A DNA stretch of 64,000 nucleotides from Eutreptiella sp. 'Long Island Sound 2002' (Eukaryota; Protista; Euglenida), in NCBI GenBank assembly GCA_964036045.1, contig OZ038378.1, positions 47,926,001 to 47,990,000 on the forward strand. Reading direction: 5' to 3'. Every line of letters starts with the position of its first letter. The first letter of the stretch is position 1. Both the position numbers and the translations under genes were made by a program. The notes beneath the pieces are model-generated. The model searched no databases. It worked only from the letters and a program-made list of their open reading frames with translations, and was not told the DNA's origin. Positions 23,512-34,727 of this stretch are shown here, piece after piece.

Positions 23512-24851
23512 GGCAGTTCGGGGTAAGAAAACACACAGAGTACTCCACACATGGCCCTTGGGCCTTATAGAATACTATATGTGCTGCCTGCGCTGCATGG
23601 GCTGTGTGTGGTTTGAGAGGTGAAGAGGGGATGTTGCGAGGGGTAGGAGGAAATGGTGGTTGCTACAATGGGTGGTAGTTGGTCGGGCGAACCCCATGGT
23701 CTTGTTTTGCTGGCGGGCCCGTGAGTGATAAAGCTGGGTAAGATAGGGAGGACCCTCGCATGTGTGGGAGGGGCCTGAGTTATACCTGGTGATCCTGGGG
23801 GGCTGTACCCTGGGAGGCACACAGTGTGTGTCACTGTTTCGGGAAAAACCCTAGCCCTTTAGAGGGTGGCTATCTTTGCAGTAAACTGTGGGTGTGTTCA
23901 TTGTTTCAGGGTGTGGTTGGGACCTGAAAGATGTGAGGACTAGGACTTACTGGATCTTGCTTAATGCAGTAATGAAAACCCTGAGTCTAGAGTACCTCAT
24001 GAAAAAGAGATTGAAAGCTTCTGGAGGTTTCTAAATGAAAGCCCAGGAAGCAGAGAAGCAGTTAGGTGAAGCAAGAGCTCAATGTTCGAGGCTTCCGTAG
24101 AGGGCTCTGGAAAGATGAATGGCATACTGTGGACGTGACAGAATATTGAGATGTGACAGTTATGTTGACGACTTTGAAGTAAACTTTTGACTGACAGTAA
24201 CGTGGGTCTCTGGGACGTGCCACGAGCCAGAGAAGGTTGCCGTGCTGGGAATGTGGTTTGGAGAGTATGTGTCATGATCTGTTAGCGGTGTGCTCAGTAG
24301 ATTGTGTGCCCAAAAAGCAGCTGTGTGTGTTGTGTGTGGGTGTGTTTGGCATAACCGTGTTGGTGTCAGATCAGTGTCGGGGCTGGCTGGACAATTTGCT
24401 GCCTACGGCGCTGTTTCAAACACTTTGCTGTTTCACCCCTAGGGGAAAAGAACAACAGGCTTCAAGCAGTGCAGCGAGCTACATGTGCGGATTGAGGTAC
24501 TGTGACTGTTGCCTTCATCACTGCAGTTCAAGAGCGGCGCCAAGGCGTCGCCAAGAAGCGAGAGGCAGCCATATAGCGGGGTGTACCTCAAGTCGCTGTC
24601 ACGACAGTGACAATCATGGCGTTGGGTACAGGCCATGTTGAGTATTGTGAGCACAGCTCAGAAGAGAGGAAGAGGACGCAAGCGAGAAGAGGAACACGAC
24701 GAAGAAATGCCGAAACGGACATTGGTCCGCGACCCTGGGGTCACTGGTGTGTGATCTGTTTTGCACATTCACGCAAAGTCTTCTTTGTATTGATGACAGA
24801 AATATAGGCACACTCAGTAGCGCAATATGGTAAATAAAAGCAGAAACTGTG

Positions 24852-25951
24852 TCACTTGATTGGACACCTCGCTCCTTCGTTATCGTGCGCAAGGGCTTCA
24901 GCTCGAAGCTTCAGTTTAGTGCACTGCAGGCATTCGAGTCTTCGTTCAAAGTTGATAAACCCACAGCCGCACTGCCGATCGGTCAGAGTGTTCGTCATTG
25001 AGACGTGTTTGCAGAAATAAGTCAGCTGGTTCGCCCGGAAGAACTCGCAAACCCGACATACTTTCGTCCTCTTGTTGCCGAACACAGAAAACTGCCGCAC
25101 GACTGTGCGGTGCCAAGCGCCCAGGAAAAACTTAAAGCTTCAGCAGCTATCCACAGCTCGTCGGTGTTCTTCCTACCCCTATCCTACAGCGTGCAGGTTG
25201 CCTAGCGCGTAGTGCGGGATCAAATCTGCTGAGGGATCAGCCGAGTTTGTCTTTGGCAGTAGGCTTGTAGAAAACCGGTAGAGAGTAGACTTCGCCGCGT
25301 CAGTCCCTTCCGTCGTACGCGGCATTTGCGATGGGAGCAGCCCTTCTGGCGCATACGCCGTAGCGGCGTTGTAGGATGGAACGAATGGTACATTGCACGG
25401 TGAAGACGCGAGATGAGTATACAGAGACAGACGATCAAAAAGGGAAGGTTGGTAGTGAGAAATGCCGGGGCAGCGTCTGGCACACGGACTTGCTTCACTG
25501 AGGGTCGTGGGGCCCAATTGTCATTGTTTCCTTCAGCGTAGTGATCCCTACACGGCTTTGGAGACTTCTGCTTTGGAGCGTGAATCTGTGTTAGGCAGGT
25601 TGTAGACGGCAGCGGCTCTTCCCGAGTAGGGGAGGGAGTGCAGGCATGGTAGAGTCCTGTTGCGGGAGCCGTGACAAGAAAACGTAGGGTTCTGGGGAAC
25701 TGATCTATTTGTGACAGAAGACATTGTAACTCGAGATGCTGGGCGACGGCGATCTTTAACGTAGCAGAAGCAGCGTCAATGTAATTCTCCGGCCGTTGAA
25801 CCGGGCCTGAGGGGTGGGAGCTTTGCAGGTGGGCGGCGATTTTTGAGTTATCAGATTCTGCGGCCGATGGCTCCAGACAGTGAAATGCGGATGATGAGAA
25901 ATGACCCTAGTTGCCGCTGGCGTCGCTTTCAGTAACTGCCTTCGAGGACAT
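24852..25951 (-). pseudogene. Mirror copy of the RanBP2-zinc-finger pseudogene
   Basis: Reverse complement of 20907-22006 with a few substitutions. Confidence 0.55.
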
Positions 25952-27039
25952 CCAAATTTGTTCACATACTTAGCCAATTCATGATTCCCCGCATGCGAGG
26001 AATGGATGTAAGGGGGAGTGCCTAGAAGTGCTTGGGACTATCTTGGTGGCCAAAATACTGCCATTTTACTTTATAAGATCATTTGTTTTGTTCATATTTC
26101 ACTGAAGCATTGTGTTTAAGGCTGCATTGTCTTTGTGCAGCCCTTCTTTGTTAGACATGTTATGACCCCGAAGGATTTATCCTGAGTTCATTTTGCTCCG
26201 GTGCCTGGACTTGCTCTACTTTAGCTCTGTGTGGACTTTATTTTGCATTGCGGAAAATCAGCAAGGTTTTCTTTGACAAATACAAGAAACAAGCACAAGT
26301 GTCGGCAAACCGGAAACCATTTCTGGTTGTATTGGGGTGAGGGGCGCGCTATTGATCTTTAGAAGGCCTTAGACAGCAATGCATTGAAATCTGTTTTTGG
26401 TGGCAGAAATCAAAACTGTAAAATACGGCAGATGCCTGCCGCGTGCATGCGCGTGCTGCAATGTTTATTTTGTGTGTATATATATAAGTATATATATATA
26501 TATATATATAAAAGTCTCAATCCGTTCATGGGAGCAAATTAAACGGCCTTCGGCTTGTGGAGCAGAGGAAAAACAAACGGGTTGTCAAAGAAGAATTTGA
26601 AAAAGAAATATGCAAACCGATAGTTGCACATATGTTCCAATGTATCCGGGTAAACCAGTTTTATTCTGCCCAAAGGATTGGTACCTTTGCTGAAATTATA
26701 GGTAAGTATAGGCACACATGGGGACACAATAGTTGCCCAAAAGATAGGCACACTTACCCCGCCATCGGTTACTCAAGAAAACCTTTTAAATGAAGATACA
26801 CAAGCTAATGGTTACATATGGGTTGTAATGTACTTAGAAAAACACATTTTAGCATCTATTGTTGCCCTTCCTTTCTTGCAAGGAGGCCTTCAGCCTCTTT
26901 GCTCCCGAGCTTTGGCACTTCTTGTCTACAACATCTGTAGGCCAAGATGTTGTGCAGAATATGACACCTTGGTGAAGGTGTGAAGTGGAGACAGTTTAAT
27001 TTTCCAACCGTTGGGCTGTCCACCTAAGTGGAAACAGGA

Positions 27040-28093
27040 TGCCATAGGGGGCAACATTGATGTTTTGCGAGTCATTTTACTGCACATCCACTCCGAAAGA
27101 TATTGGGATCAATGCTTTAGCCATGCCATCAAGCAACAATTGGAATGCCAAGATAGTTCAATCAATGTAGCGTACCACTTTGCGCACAATTACGGCATCC
27201 AAACTTGGGCACTTACAGCAAGCTGCCGAAATGGAGGATACGCCACGCCAATCCCTAACTCGTGCTGTTTCGCGCACAATGATTTCACAGGTGTGTCAAT
27301 CTTTGTAAATTTCCACACACCAATGCATTCAGATCGATTTCAGGTGGCAGAAATCGAAATCACAAATTGCGCAAGATGCCGGGCGTTGCGCATGCTTGCG
27401 GCGCCCGGCATCTGGCGTATTTTGCGACTTCGATTTCGGCCACCAGAAATCAATCTGCATGCATTGTTGTGTGGAAATTCAAAATAATGAATACACCTGT
27501 GAAATCACTATGTGCAAAAGGACGCGATTTACGGATCGGTCGTTTGTATCCTCAACGTTTGGCAGCTTGCTGCAAAGTGCCCAACCTTGGATGCCAACAT
27601 TGTGCACAACGTCCAAAAATACATTGATTTGACTTTCGGATTATTCAATTTTGAGGTGGTAGGCCGGAGTTCTGAATTCTTCGGATTTCGATACATGTCA
27701 CCGAGTTTAGTCAGTTTGCCCGCTTAACATGCTAGCTTAGATCTTAGCCCGCATAACATGCCACCTTAGCATGCCCATTGTAGGTTAACGGCATAGCCAA
27801 AGGATTGAGTCCAATACCGTTCCGAGTCGATTGGCACCAAAATGACTTGCAAAACATCAATGTTGCCCCTTGTGGCCTCCTTTTGCCACGTACGTTGAGA
27901 GCACAAACCTTCAAAGCATGAACTTTCTTCACTTCGAACCGTTGTCGAGGTGTCTTATTTCGGACAACATCGTAGCCTTCAGATGTTGTGGACACCACGC
28001 GCCAAGGGTTGGGGGCGCGGGGGCAAAGGGCCCCCTTGCCAAAAAGATTGAGCAACAATAGATAGTACAATAAGCATCCGCTGTTACATTAGA
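27040..28093 (-). mobile_element. Mirror copy of full module A
   Basis: Reverse complement of 18771-19820. Confidence 0.7.
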
Positions 28094-31000
28094 GGTAGGT
28101 AGGTGCACTCGGTCGTGGAGAGGCGCCCCATGGTTCCCCCTGGCGTCGCCCCTGTGACGAACAGGAAGAGGCTCCGCGCATGAAGAGGGGAGGCGGCTTA
28201 CGTCCCGCTAGACCTGACTGGTGGCCCCCAACAAAGCGGCCCCGGGCAACACCAGGAGGGCTGATCGCCGCCAGCGTGACCTGCGTGTCTTGTGGGGAGG
28301 GTGTGCCCCCGTGCTTGCGCACGTCCCCTCCTTTGGGCGGAACCCTAGAGGTTCACCGGACTTCCTGGCGTATCCCGTTCCCAAGGCATGCATGCATGTT
28401 CTTGATACTGGGGTTCCGAGGCGCTTGGGTGTCGCACGCTCCGCCTCGAGTCCCAAAGCAGCGCAGGCCTTAGGATGCAGCCTTATTCCCGGTCTCCGGA
28501 TCTCGTTTGGCCGGGTCACCTGCATGGCACGGGCTGCCTCAGTGCCCGGGCTATGGACACCGGGTTTCCTACTGTTATGTGGCGCTTGTGTTTGGGTCAG
28601 GGTTGTAGTTGGGCTCGGGTTTCGGCTGCGCCCCGCCACTCCTGGCTGGGGTGATGGGGTGTGTGCGTGGTTGCGTTCGCGCTCCGCTTGTACCCCGCCA
28701 CTCCTGGCTGGGGTGTACGGTGTGGGTCTGTGTGCTTGGGCTCGGGTTTCGGCTGCGCCCCGCCACTCCTGGCTGGGGTGTTGGGGCCTGTGTGTGTTTG
28801 TGTGCGCGCTCCGCTTGTACCCCGCCACTCCTGGCTGGGGTGTACGATGTGGGGGTGTGTGCTTGGGCTCGGGTCTCGGCTGCGCCCCGCAACTCCTGGC
28901 TGGGCTGTTGGGGCCCGTGTGTGCTTGTGTGTGCGCTCCGCTTGTACCCCGCCACTCCTGGCTGGGGTGTGCGGTGTGGGTGTGCGTGCTTGGGCTCGGG
29001 TTTCGGCTGCGCCCCGCCACTCCTGGCCGGGGTGTTGGGGTGTGTGTGTGCTTGTGTGCGCGCTCCGCTTGTACCCCGCCACTCCTTGCTGGGGTGTGCA
29101 ATGTGGGTGTGTGTGCTTGGGCTCGGGTTTCGGCTGCGCCCCGCCACTCCTGGCTGGGGTGTTGGGGTGTGTGTGTGTTTGTGTGCGCACTCCGCTTGTA
29201 CCATGGCACTCGTGTCTCAGTTGTGCGGTGTGGGTGCGTGTGGTGGCGCTCGGGTTTCAGCTGCGCCCCGCCACTCCTGGCTGGGGTGTTGGCCTGTGTG
29301 TGCTTGTGTGCGCGCTCTGCTTGCACCCCGCCACTCCTGGCTGGGGTGTTGGGCTGTGTGTGCTTGTGTGCGCGCTCCGCTTGCACCCCGCCACTCCTGG
29401 CTGGGGTGTGCGGCTTGGATGATTGTGCTTGGGCTCGGGTTTCGGCTGCGCCCCGCCACTCCTGGCTCGGGTGTTGGGGTGTGTGTGTGCTTGGTGCGCG
29501 CTCCGCTTGTGCCCTGCCACTCCTGGCTGGGGTGTGCGGTGTGGGCGTGTGTTTTTGGGCTCGGGTTGTGGCTGCTCCCCGCCTTTCCTGGCTAGGGTGT
29601 TGGGGTGTGCGTGTTTGTGTGCGCGCTCCGCTTGTACCCCGCCACTCCTGGCTGGGGTGTGCGGTGTGGGTCTATTTGCTTGGGCTCGTGTTTCAGCTGC
29701 GCCCCGCCACTCCTGGCTGAGGTGTTGGGGCCGGTGTGTGTTTGTGTGCGCGCTCCGCTTGTACACCGCCCCTCCTGGCTGGGGTGTGCGGCGTTGGTGC
29801 GTGTGCTTGGGCTCGGGTTTCGGCTGCGCCCCGCCACTCCTGGCTGGGGTGTTGGGGTGTGTGTGTGCTTGTGTGGGCGCTCCGCTTGTGCCCCGCCACT
29901 CCTGGGTGGGGTGTGCGGTGTGGGTGTGCGTGCTTGGGCTCAGGTTTCGGCTGCGCCCCGCCACTCCTGGCTTGGGTGTTGGGGTGTGTGTGTGTGTTTG
30001 TGTGCTTGCTCCGCTTGTACCCCGCCACTCCTGGCTGCAGTGCGCGGTGTGGGTGGGTGTGCTTGGGCTCTGGTTTCCGCTGCGCCCCGCCTCTCCTGGC
30101 TGGGGTGTTGGCGTGTGTGTGTGTGTGTTTGTGTGCTTGCTCCGCTTGTACCCTGCCACTCCTGGCTGGGGTGTGCGGTGTGGGTGTGCGTGCTTGGGCT
30201 CGGGTTTCGGCTGCGCCCCGCCACTCCTGGCTGGGGCGTCAGGGTGCTTGCATGTTTGTGTGCGCTCTCCGCTTGTACCTCACCGGTCCTGGCTGGGGTG
30301 TGTGGTGTGGGTGTCTGTGCTTGGGCTCGGGTTTCGGCTGCGCCCCGCCAACCCTGGCTGGGGTGGCGGGGTGTGTGTGTGCTTGTGTGCGCGCTCCGCT
30401 TGTGCCCCGCCACTCCTGGCTGGGCATCGTGGTGTGTGGGTTTGGTGTTGCGTGGCACCTTTCCCTGTGCCGTGGTTCGTTGCGTGTTGTGCGCGCTGCC
30501 CGGGTTTGCGGCACCCGGTGGCCGTTGTTGCTTGGCACCTGTCCGTGTGCCTTAGTTGTGGCCGGCAGCGTGCCTCTCTGGCGTGCCTGGTGTTCCCGCT
30601 TTGGTGCGCCGCTCCTCGTCCGGTCCGGTCGCTCTCGGTGCTCCGGTCGACTTTCCCGACGCCGTGGTGCCGTTCCCCACCCCGTGGGCTTGCGCCCCCG
30701 GCTTTACTGGATGGCTGCGCGGGGCACGCGGAGGCCGGCCGAGAACCGGGCTCTTTGTGCCTGCCGGTGGCCCCTGGGAGCGGCGCTGGGCTCGCTCCGC
30801 GTCGTACCCGTTCGGGGCCCCGCGATGGGGTTGTCCCTGGCGGGTCCCTCCAGCGTCAGTCTTGGGCTGCGTGCGCTGCGGTGGTTGGCGTGTGTGGACC
30901 CGGTCACTGACGCGTCCGGTTTCCCGTACCGTCCCTCTGTCGACGAGGGACTCGGCCGGTGCACCGGGGCTGTTTCGTGTTGACGCCAACAGCGCCCCTT

Positions 31001-33190
31001 TCGGGTCGGAGGACGCCACGCCCGGGTCCCGTGCGTGTGTGCGTGTGGGTGTCCCTCTTGGCCGGGTCGGGCGGGCCGGCCTCCCGGGCGCGTTGTGGTG
31101 CGTCTCACCTTTTCCTGTGGCCGGTCTTGCTGCGCTCTTTGTTTGCTGGGCCCGCTCCGGGCTGGGGTCGCCCTTTTTTTCTTTGTATGCGCCCTGGTTG
31201 TCTTCGGCGCTCCTTGTTTTCGGGCCCGGGCTGCCCGCTCTTGGTGTCTTGCCCCCCACCCCCCCCCTTTTTTTTTCCGTCCCCCTTTTTTTTTCCCCTT
31301 GTGTGCCCCCCTTGTCTCTGGCGTTCCGTGTTTTCCGGCCCGGGGTGCCTTGGGCCTTGGCGTTTTCTTGTCTCCCCCTCCCTCCCCCCCCTTTTTTTTC
31401 CTGCTTTTCCTCGCTCCTTTTGTTCCTCCTCCCCTGCCTTTTTTTTTTTTGCTTTTTTCTCTTTGTGCGCCCCCGTTGTCTCTTGCGTTCCGTGATTTCC
31501 GGCCCGGGGTGCCTTGGGCCTTGGCGTCTTCTTGTCTCCCCCTCTTCCCCCTTTTCTTTTTTTTTCTGCCTTTCCTCCGTCCTTTTTGTTTTTTTTTCCC
31601 TCCCCTGGCTTTTTTTTTTTGCGCCCCCGTTGTCCCTGGCGTTCCGTGTGTTCCGGCTCGGGGTGCCTTGGGCCTTGGCGCCTTGTTGTCGCCCCCGCCC
31701 CCCCCCCCCTGTTGTTTTTTCCTTCCTGTTTGTTTTTTGCTTTTTTTTTTTCCTCGTCTGTGCCTTGCCGGTGGTGCGGTGCGGGGCTCGCGTGTGTGTC
31801 CTGGGCTGTGGGGTGTGCTGGTGTCTGCTTCGGTGGTGCTGTCCCTGTCGTTGCTCTTTGTGCGGTGCTCTCTCGCCCCTCTGGCGCTGGCTGGTGTTGT
31901 GTGGTGTTGCCCGTCGTGTTTTGGTGTTTCCTGTAGGGCCTGGCTGTCCTCTGTTGCCTTTTAGTGGGTCCTGGTGTCGTGTTTCGGTGGTGCTGTCCCT
32001 GTCCGGCCGCGTGGCTCGCCGCCCTGTGGTTTGGTGTGGTGTGCCTTGGTGTTCCGCTGCCCTGTGTTGTGTTCTGTGGCGCTGTGCTGTCGTGTGGTGG
32101 TGTGCTGTCGTGCTCTGCTGTTTTTTTGCGTCTTGGCCTGTGCCTGTTGTTTGTTTTCTGCCGCTGGGTGTCTGTTGTGTGTGTTCTGGGGTCCCGTGCT
32201 GTGCGTTCCCTGTCCTCTGCGCCCTGTGCGGTGCTGCGCTGCGCTGTGTTGATGCCCTTGTGTTGTGCTGTCCGCATGGTCTGCGCTGTTTCTGGTGCTT
32301 GGTGCTGTTGGTTCCTGGTATCGGTGTGTGTTTTTGGGGGTCCGCTGGTGGCTCTGGTTGCCTCGTGTTGTCGTTTGGTGGTGTGTGTTGGCCTTGGTGT
32401 CCGTGTCCGGCCGCGTCTCCCGTGGCTCGGCGTCTCCCCTGCGGTGTCCTGTTCCCCTGTGTTGTGTCCTGTGGCGCTGTGCTGCCGTGTGGTGCTGTGC
32501 TGTGGTGCCCTGTCGTCTTTTTTTCCTTTTTTTTGCCTTGCTTGTGGCGCTGGTTGTCTGTTTCCCCTAAAAAACTTCCTGTAAAACCCGTAAAAATGAT
32601 TTTCCGTTTGAAAAAAAGTTAAAATTATACTCTACGCAACCCACGCGCGAGCACCAACACCACATTCAACTCAATGACTTACGTGTTACCCGTCGGCCTC
32701 CGTGTTGTCGTTGTTGAAAGTACTCCAAAGTCTTTTTCCCATACTTGAAGTTGTAGTTGAATTTGGTGGTCGTGGTCTTGACGGCATGTAATGTCCGGCT
32801 GCAGCGAAGAGGAAGTAAAGGCGCTGAGGGTGGAGCACCAGCGGGAGGGAGAGGTACATGGTGAAAAAAAGAGGGCGTGCGGAAGCGAGTGCAGGGGTGC
32901 GGCGCGTTACGAAAAAAATTTTCGAGTTTTACGCGTTGCTCGCGACGCAGTTTTCTTTGCCTAGACGCCGTATTATGGGACAAGGGGCACGGCGTTATGT
33001 TCCTATTAACGTTACGGCGCTTACGGCGCTATTTATTTGTCTATTTAAGCTCACAATTTTCGTCATCGTGTTTTAACGCGTTTCGCTGCGCGCTTTTTGT
33101 CCTAGCCGTTTTTTATGGTAATTAGCTTTATTTTCAGCTATTTAGAAAATTTTTTCGTCGCGTTTTTCTTATCTTTTTATTTCATTCTCT
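28094..33190 (+). mobile_element. Mirror copy of composite GT-rich element 2
   Basis: Reverse complement of 13672-18770. Confidence 0.65.
28610..30425 (+). repeat. Mirror copy of the 29-monomer dimeric satellite
   Basis: Reverse complement of 16436-18250, with the same A-A irregularity. Confidence 0.92.
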
Positions 33191-34034
33191 ATCCCTAACT
33201 CGCGCTGTTTCGCGCACAATGATTTCACAGGTGTGTCAATCTTTGTAAATTTCCACACACCGATGCATTCAGATCGATTTCAGGTGGCAGAAATCGAAAT
33301 CACAAATTGCGCAAGATGCCGGGCGTTGCGCATGCTCGCGGCGCCCAGCATCTGGCGGATTTTGCGACTTCGATTTCGGCCAGCAGAAATCGATCTGCAT
33401 GCATTGTTGTGGGGAAATTCATAAAGAATGAATACACCTGTGAAATCACTATGTGCAAAAGGGCGCGATTTACGGATCGGTCGTTTGTATCCTCAACTTT
33501 TGGCAGTTTGCTGCAAAGTGCCCAACTTTAGATGCCAACATTGTGCACAACGTCCAAAAAATCATTGATTTGACTTTCGGATTATTCAATTTTGAGGTGG
33601 TAGGCCGGAGTTCTGAAGTCTTCAGATTTTGATACATGTCACCGAGTTTAGTCAGTTTGCCCGCTTAACATGCTAGCTTGGATCTTAGCCCGCATAACAT
33701 GCCACCTTAGCATGCCCATTGTAGGTTAACGGCATAGCCAAAGCATTGAGTCCAATACCTTTCCGAGTCGATTGGCACCAAAATGATTTGCAAAACATCA
33801 ATGTTGCCCCTTGTGGCCTCCTTTTGCCACGTACGTTGAGAGCGCAAACCTTCAAAGGGTGAACTTTCTTCACTTCGAACCGTTGTCGAGGTGTCTTATT
33901 TCGGACAACATCGTGGCCTTGAGATGTTGTGGACACCACGCGCCAAGGGTTGGGGGCATGGGGGCAAAGGGCTTCCTTGCCAAAAAGATTGAGCAACAAT
34001 AGATAGTACAATAAGCATCCGCTGTTACATTAGA
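33191..34034 (-). repeat. Module A outer copy (844 bp), direct repeat of 27251-28093
   Basis: Homology runs from ATCCCTAACTCG to GTTACATTAGA in both copies, with scattered substitutions. Confidence 0.88.
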
Positions 34035-34332
34035 ACATATGTGTTCGTTTACCGATTTCCAGCCCAAAAGGTTCTTGGACAACCGGCTTGGAGATTGGCT
34101 ATGGGTGCCTATCGTTGAGGCAACTATGGTGTCGCCATCCCCGCCCATAGGTACCTACAATCTGCCAAAAGGTATCCATCCTTCAGGCAGAGTAATGGGT
34201 TTACCCCGGTACATTGGAGGGTACATTGGCACAGATATGCGAATGTTAGTTTGCGGATTTTGTTTTAAGTACAGGAAGGGTTTGCAATCTACTGGCAGAT
34301 TGCATTGACAATGTGCCATGGCATGGCACATT

Positions 34333-34700
34333 GTGGCAAAATGTGAAATTTGACATGGCACAAGCTAAACCACTTGGAAATGAGTTGCACTTTGATAGAC
34401 CTCCTCAAAATCAGAACCTTCAAAGCGGGAGACAAGAATGGGCAGGCATGGTGGCAGAATGTCAAATGTAGAATGTCACAAGCTAAACCATTTGAAAATT
34501 TGGTAGATTTTGGTACACCACCTTGAAATCAGAACGTTCAAAGCAGGAAAAAATAATTGGCAGGGCATGGCATAGGGTGGCAGCATGTGAAATGTAAAAT
34601 GGCCCAGTGTAAACCAATGGAAAATTCCCTAGACTTTGATAACCACTTCGAAATGAGAACCTGGAAAGCACTAAAGAACCATGGGAAGGTATGGCAAGGG
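34333..34700 (+). repeat. Three degenerate ~120-bp tandem units, preceded by a 25-bp palindrome (34309-34333)
   Basis: GTGGCA(A/G)(A/C)ATGT(G/C)AAAT...CAAGCTAAACCA...AAATCAGAAC.TTCAAAGC recurs. The palindrome is CAATGTGCCATG-G-CATGGCACATTG. Confidence 0.75.
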
Positions 34701-34727
34701 AATGCAGGGCAGAAAAGCCACAATGTC

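Larger units (their letters stand above)
13001..33863. repeat. Giant palindrome: two ~10.4-kb inverted arms around a 13-nt loop (23423-23435)
   Basis: Mirror ORF pairs throughout, with coordinate sums of 46858 near the centre and 46864 at the edges. Centre reads ...CATAAACATCGCCG-GAGAAGAAATTTG-CGGCGATGTTTATG... Symmetry ends at TTCACCCTTTGAAG (13001) / CTTCAAAGGGTGAA (33863). Confidence 0.97.
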
